This document shows positions 60,971-64,000 of a DNA stretch of 64,000 nt, piece by piece. The stretch spans positions 10,540,001 to 10,604,000 of the forward strand of contig OZ024759.1 of NCBI GenBank assembly GCA_964016885.1. Reading direction: 5' to 3'. The DNA is from Eledone cirrhosa. Lineage: Eukaryota. The number at the start of each line of letters is the position of its first letter. Within the stretch, counting starts at the first letter, position 1. The translations under genes and the position numbers were made by a program. The notes under the pieces were generated by a model. It worked only from the letters and a program-made list of their open reading frames with translations, had not been told where the DNA came from and searched no databases.

Positions 60971-62148
60971 TTAGGTTGTTCCGAAAATAATGGCCGCTCT
61001 AAGTGTTGTGTTTTGAAATGCAATTTTATCATAGTATTTTAATTATATATTAGGTGAATTCCGACATACTTAATAATAGATGTATGCTCTTTAATAATGT
61101 TATACTTATTTCAGACAGAAAACATTCTTGAAGCACAGGCGCCCTTAATTATGAACATGACAAAGAAGGACCTTCGCTTACTTTTCTTGCATGAGTTCAA
61201 GCTTGGGCACAATGCCTCCCAAACAGCTGCTAATATCAACAGAGCATGGAGAGAGGGGTCCATAAGTGATCAACCAGTACAAAGGGGGCTGCCAATATCA
61301 ACAAGACATGGAGAGAGGGGTCCATAAGTGATCAACCAGTACAAAGGGGGCTGCCAATATCAACAGAGCATGGAGAGAGGGGTCCACAAGTGATCACACA
61401 GTACAAAGGGGGCTGCTAATATCAACAGAGCATGGGGAGAGGGGTCCACAAGTGATCACACAGTACAAAGGGGGCTGCCAATATCAACAGAACATTGGGA
61501 GAGGGGTCCACAAGTGATCACACAGTACAAAGGGGGCTGGCAATATCAACAAGACATGGGGAGAGGGGTCCACAAGTGATCACACAGTACAAAGGGGGCT
61601 GGCAATATCAACAAGACATGGGGAGAAGGGTCCACAAGTGATCACACAGTACAAAGGGGGCTGCCAATATCAACAGAGCATGGAGAGAGGGGTCCACAAG
61701 TGATCACACAGTACGAAGGTGGTTTAAGAAATTCCCTAGTGGTGACGAGAGCCTTGAAGATAAAGAGGTAGAGGACAGAGATGCAGTCTTGACAATGAAA
61801 GCAATTGTTGAACAAAACCCCCGTCAAAGTGTCAGAGAAATGTCTCAGGCACTTGGTGTCGGTATTGCAACGGTCTCACACCCTCTGCAGAAGATTGGTA
61901 AGGTGAAAAAGCTCGATAAATGGGTACCACATGAGCTCAATGAAAATCACAGAGTCCGGCGTTTTGAAGTGTGTTCGATGCTCTTTCTGCAAAACACCAA
62001 TGGTCCTTTTCTTGACCGATTAGTCAATAGACAGAGATGTAGAGATGTTCACGGCTCATACTTTGACTAATCAAAACATTTCTCTTGTTAATTTTTCCAG
62101 AATAAAATTATGTTTCTGAAATCGGCCATTATTTTCGGAGCAACCTAT
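60971..62148 (+). mobile_element. Internally deleted mariner element with an ~62-bp internal tandem array (61226-61715)
   Basis: TA-flanked TIRs ttaggttgttccgaaaataatggccg / cggccattattttcggagcaacctat; HEFKLGHNASQTAANIN and WVPHEL motifs; catalytic domain lost. Confidence 0.9.
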
Positions 62149-62304
62149 TATACTCAGTAATTATTTAAACTCAGAACATACAACTAAATGCATTTGACAT
62201 TCTACTGACCCATGCATGTGTCAACAATGTTTTTTTTTAATTTCATACAAATGACACAAATAAGACCACCACAAATCACTGCAATATGGCGGGACATGTA
62301 AAGG

Positions 62305-63041
62305 GGTGCATGGCTTAGTGGTTAGAGCATCTGGCTTACAATCGGGAGGTTGTGAATTCGATTCTCAGACCAGGTTTTGTGTTGTGTTCTTGAGCAAGAC
62401 ACTTTATTTCATGTTGGTCCAGTTTACTCAGCTGTAGAAATGAGTTGCAATGTCACTGGTGCCAAGCTGTATCGGCCATAGCCTTTCCCTTGGACAACAT
62501 CAGTGGCGTGGAAATGAGGAGGCTGGTATACATGGGCGACTGCTGGTCTTCCACAAACAACCTTGCCTGGACTTGTACCTCGCGGGGAACTTTCTAGATG
62601 CAAATCCCATGGTCATTTGTGACTAAAGGGAGACTTTTTTTTAAATGAGGAGACATAGTAACAAACTAAATATATCTTAACCCTTTCCCTACCATATGGA
62701 GGCACATGGCTTAGTGGTTAAAGCATCGGCCTTGCAATCGAAAGGTTGTGATTTCAATTCTCAGACCAGGTGATGTGTTGTTTCCTTGAGCAAGACACTT
62801 TATTTCACATTGCTCCAGTTTACTCAGCTGTAGAAATGAGATGATAGGGACTGGGGTCCCTATCATTCCACTGCAAAGTGGTCATGGAGGTACCACGGCA
62901 AACAAGCACCCAGCACACACTGTAAATGAGGTTGGTGTTAGGAAGGGCATCCAGCTGTAGAAATCAAGCCAGTATCAGTTCCCGTCCCACCCTTGCAAGC
63001 AGGGAAAAGTGGACGTATAATGAAATGATGATGATGATGAT
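62305..63041 (+). mobile_element. Two SINEs (variant-tail copy 62305-62640; family A copy 62696-63041)
   Basis: Shared tRNA-like head and ttgagcaagacactttatttc core, different tails. Confidence 0.8.
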
Positions 63042-64000
63042 TTATAATGAAAAATATTTGAGGATAATCAAGAATTTAGAAGGTTTTAGTAATATAACTA
63101 AATTTCACATTATTTGGCTGGTGTTTGGAACATAACTTAAAGGTTCTTACAGAAAATAATGATGGAAGGTTTTTTTTTTTAGATAAATACAAACACTTTG
63201 AAACAAACAGATTTATATCATAGAAACAGGGGTGTTTAGAACACAACTTAAAGGTTCTACATAAATATATAATTGATTCTACTTTTGGCACAAGGCCAGC
63301 AATTACCCAGTGCATTACTGGTACTTTATTTTATCGACCCCGTAAGGATTAAAGGCAAAGTTAACCTCGGCGAGATTAGAACAGAGAATGGCAAGGGCCA
63401 TAACTCTATGCGTCAAAGCATGGTGTCTGACCCTCTACCGATACTGCCAATCCACCGCCCTCTACATAAATATATAATGGAAGGTTTTTAGATAAATATA
63501 AACACTTTTGTATCATAGAACCAGAGGTAGTGGGATATGGGCAGGGTACTGTGGAACATGGGTACTGCCAGTGTACAATATGTGGGTATGGGTAGCATGT
63601 GGATAGGATATATGTATGATATTGGTTCAGTATGTGGGTGATATGTGGGCATATGTGTGCGTGATATTGGTAGAGTAAGTGGGTATATATGTATGATATT
63701 GATACAGTATGAGGCTATATGTGGGTGATATTCATACAGTATGTGGGTATATGAGGGTATATGCGGGTATCATTACAAGAGCTTGGCTAGATGTGGTTCG
63801 TATGAACACATTGCTGTCCTTTCTCATTAATCTCTGCCAAATCCAATGCAGTGCAGGGGTGTCCAGCGGAGGTTTTCCAGCGGGGTTGTTCCAGTGCTGT
63901 ACAGGGGTGTCCAGCGGAGGTGTTCCAGCAGGGTTGTTCCAATGTTGTGCAGGGGGTGTCTAGCGGAGGTGTTCCAGCGGGTTGTGTTCCAGCAGGGTTG

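Overview
Repeat-saturated eukaryotic (animal) DNA. The RTE LINEs with (GAT)n tails, tRNA-derived SINEs and huge (TA)n tracts suggest a mollusc, probably an octopod (inference). The one clear host gene is a minus-strand NR1J/HR96-like nuclear receptor with three coding exons (22790-22422, 18568-18451, 14270-13327; about 459 aa from the ATG at 22739). The rest is TE debris (RTE, CR1, Penelope-like GIY-YIG, mariner, maT, piggyBac-type MITEs, a Helentron-like element, two SINE families) and TE-derived minisatellites. The most striking hidden signal is about 20 type-I hammerhead ribozyme (HHR) motifs between 19.6 and 54.4 kb. They include a 3.5 x 310-bp tandem array with one HHR per unit (non-LTR retrozyme / circRNA-like), two DNA palindromes carrying back-to-back HHRs on opposite strands, and a U3-A8 core variant. 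Many HHR units carry a fold-back at their 5' end. All structures were folded by eye and none has been tested for activity.
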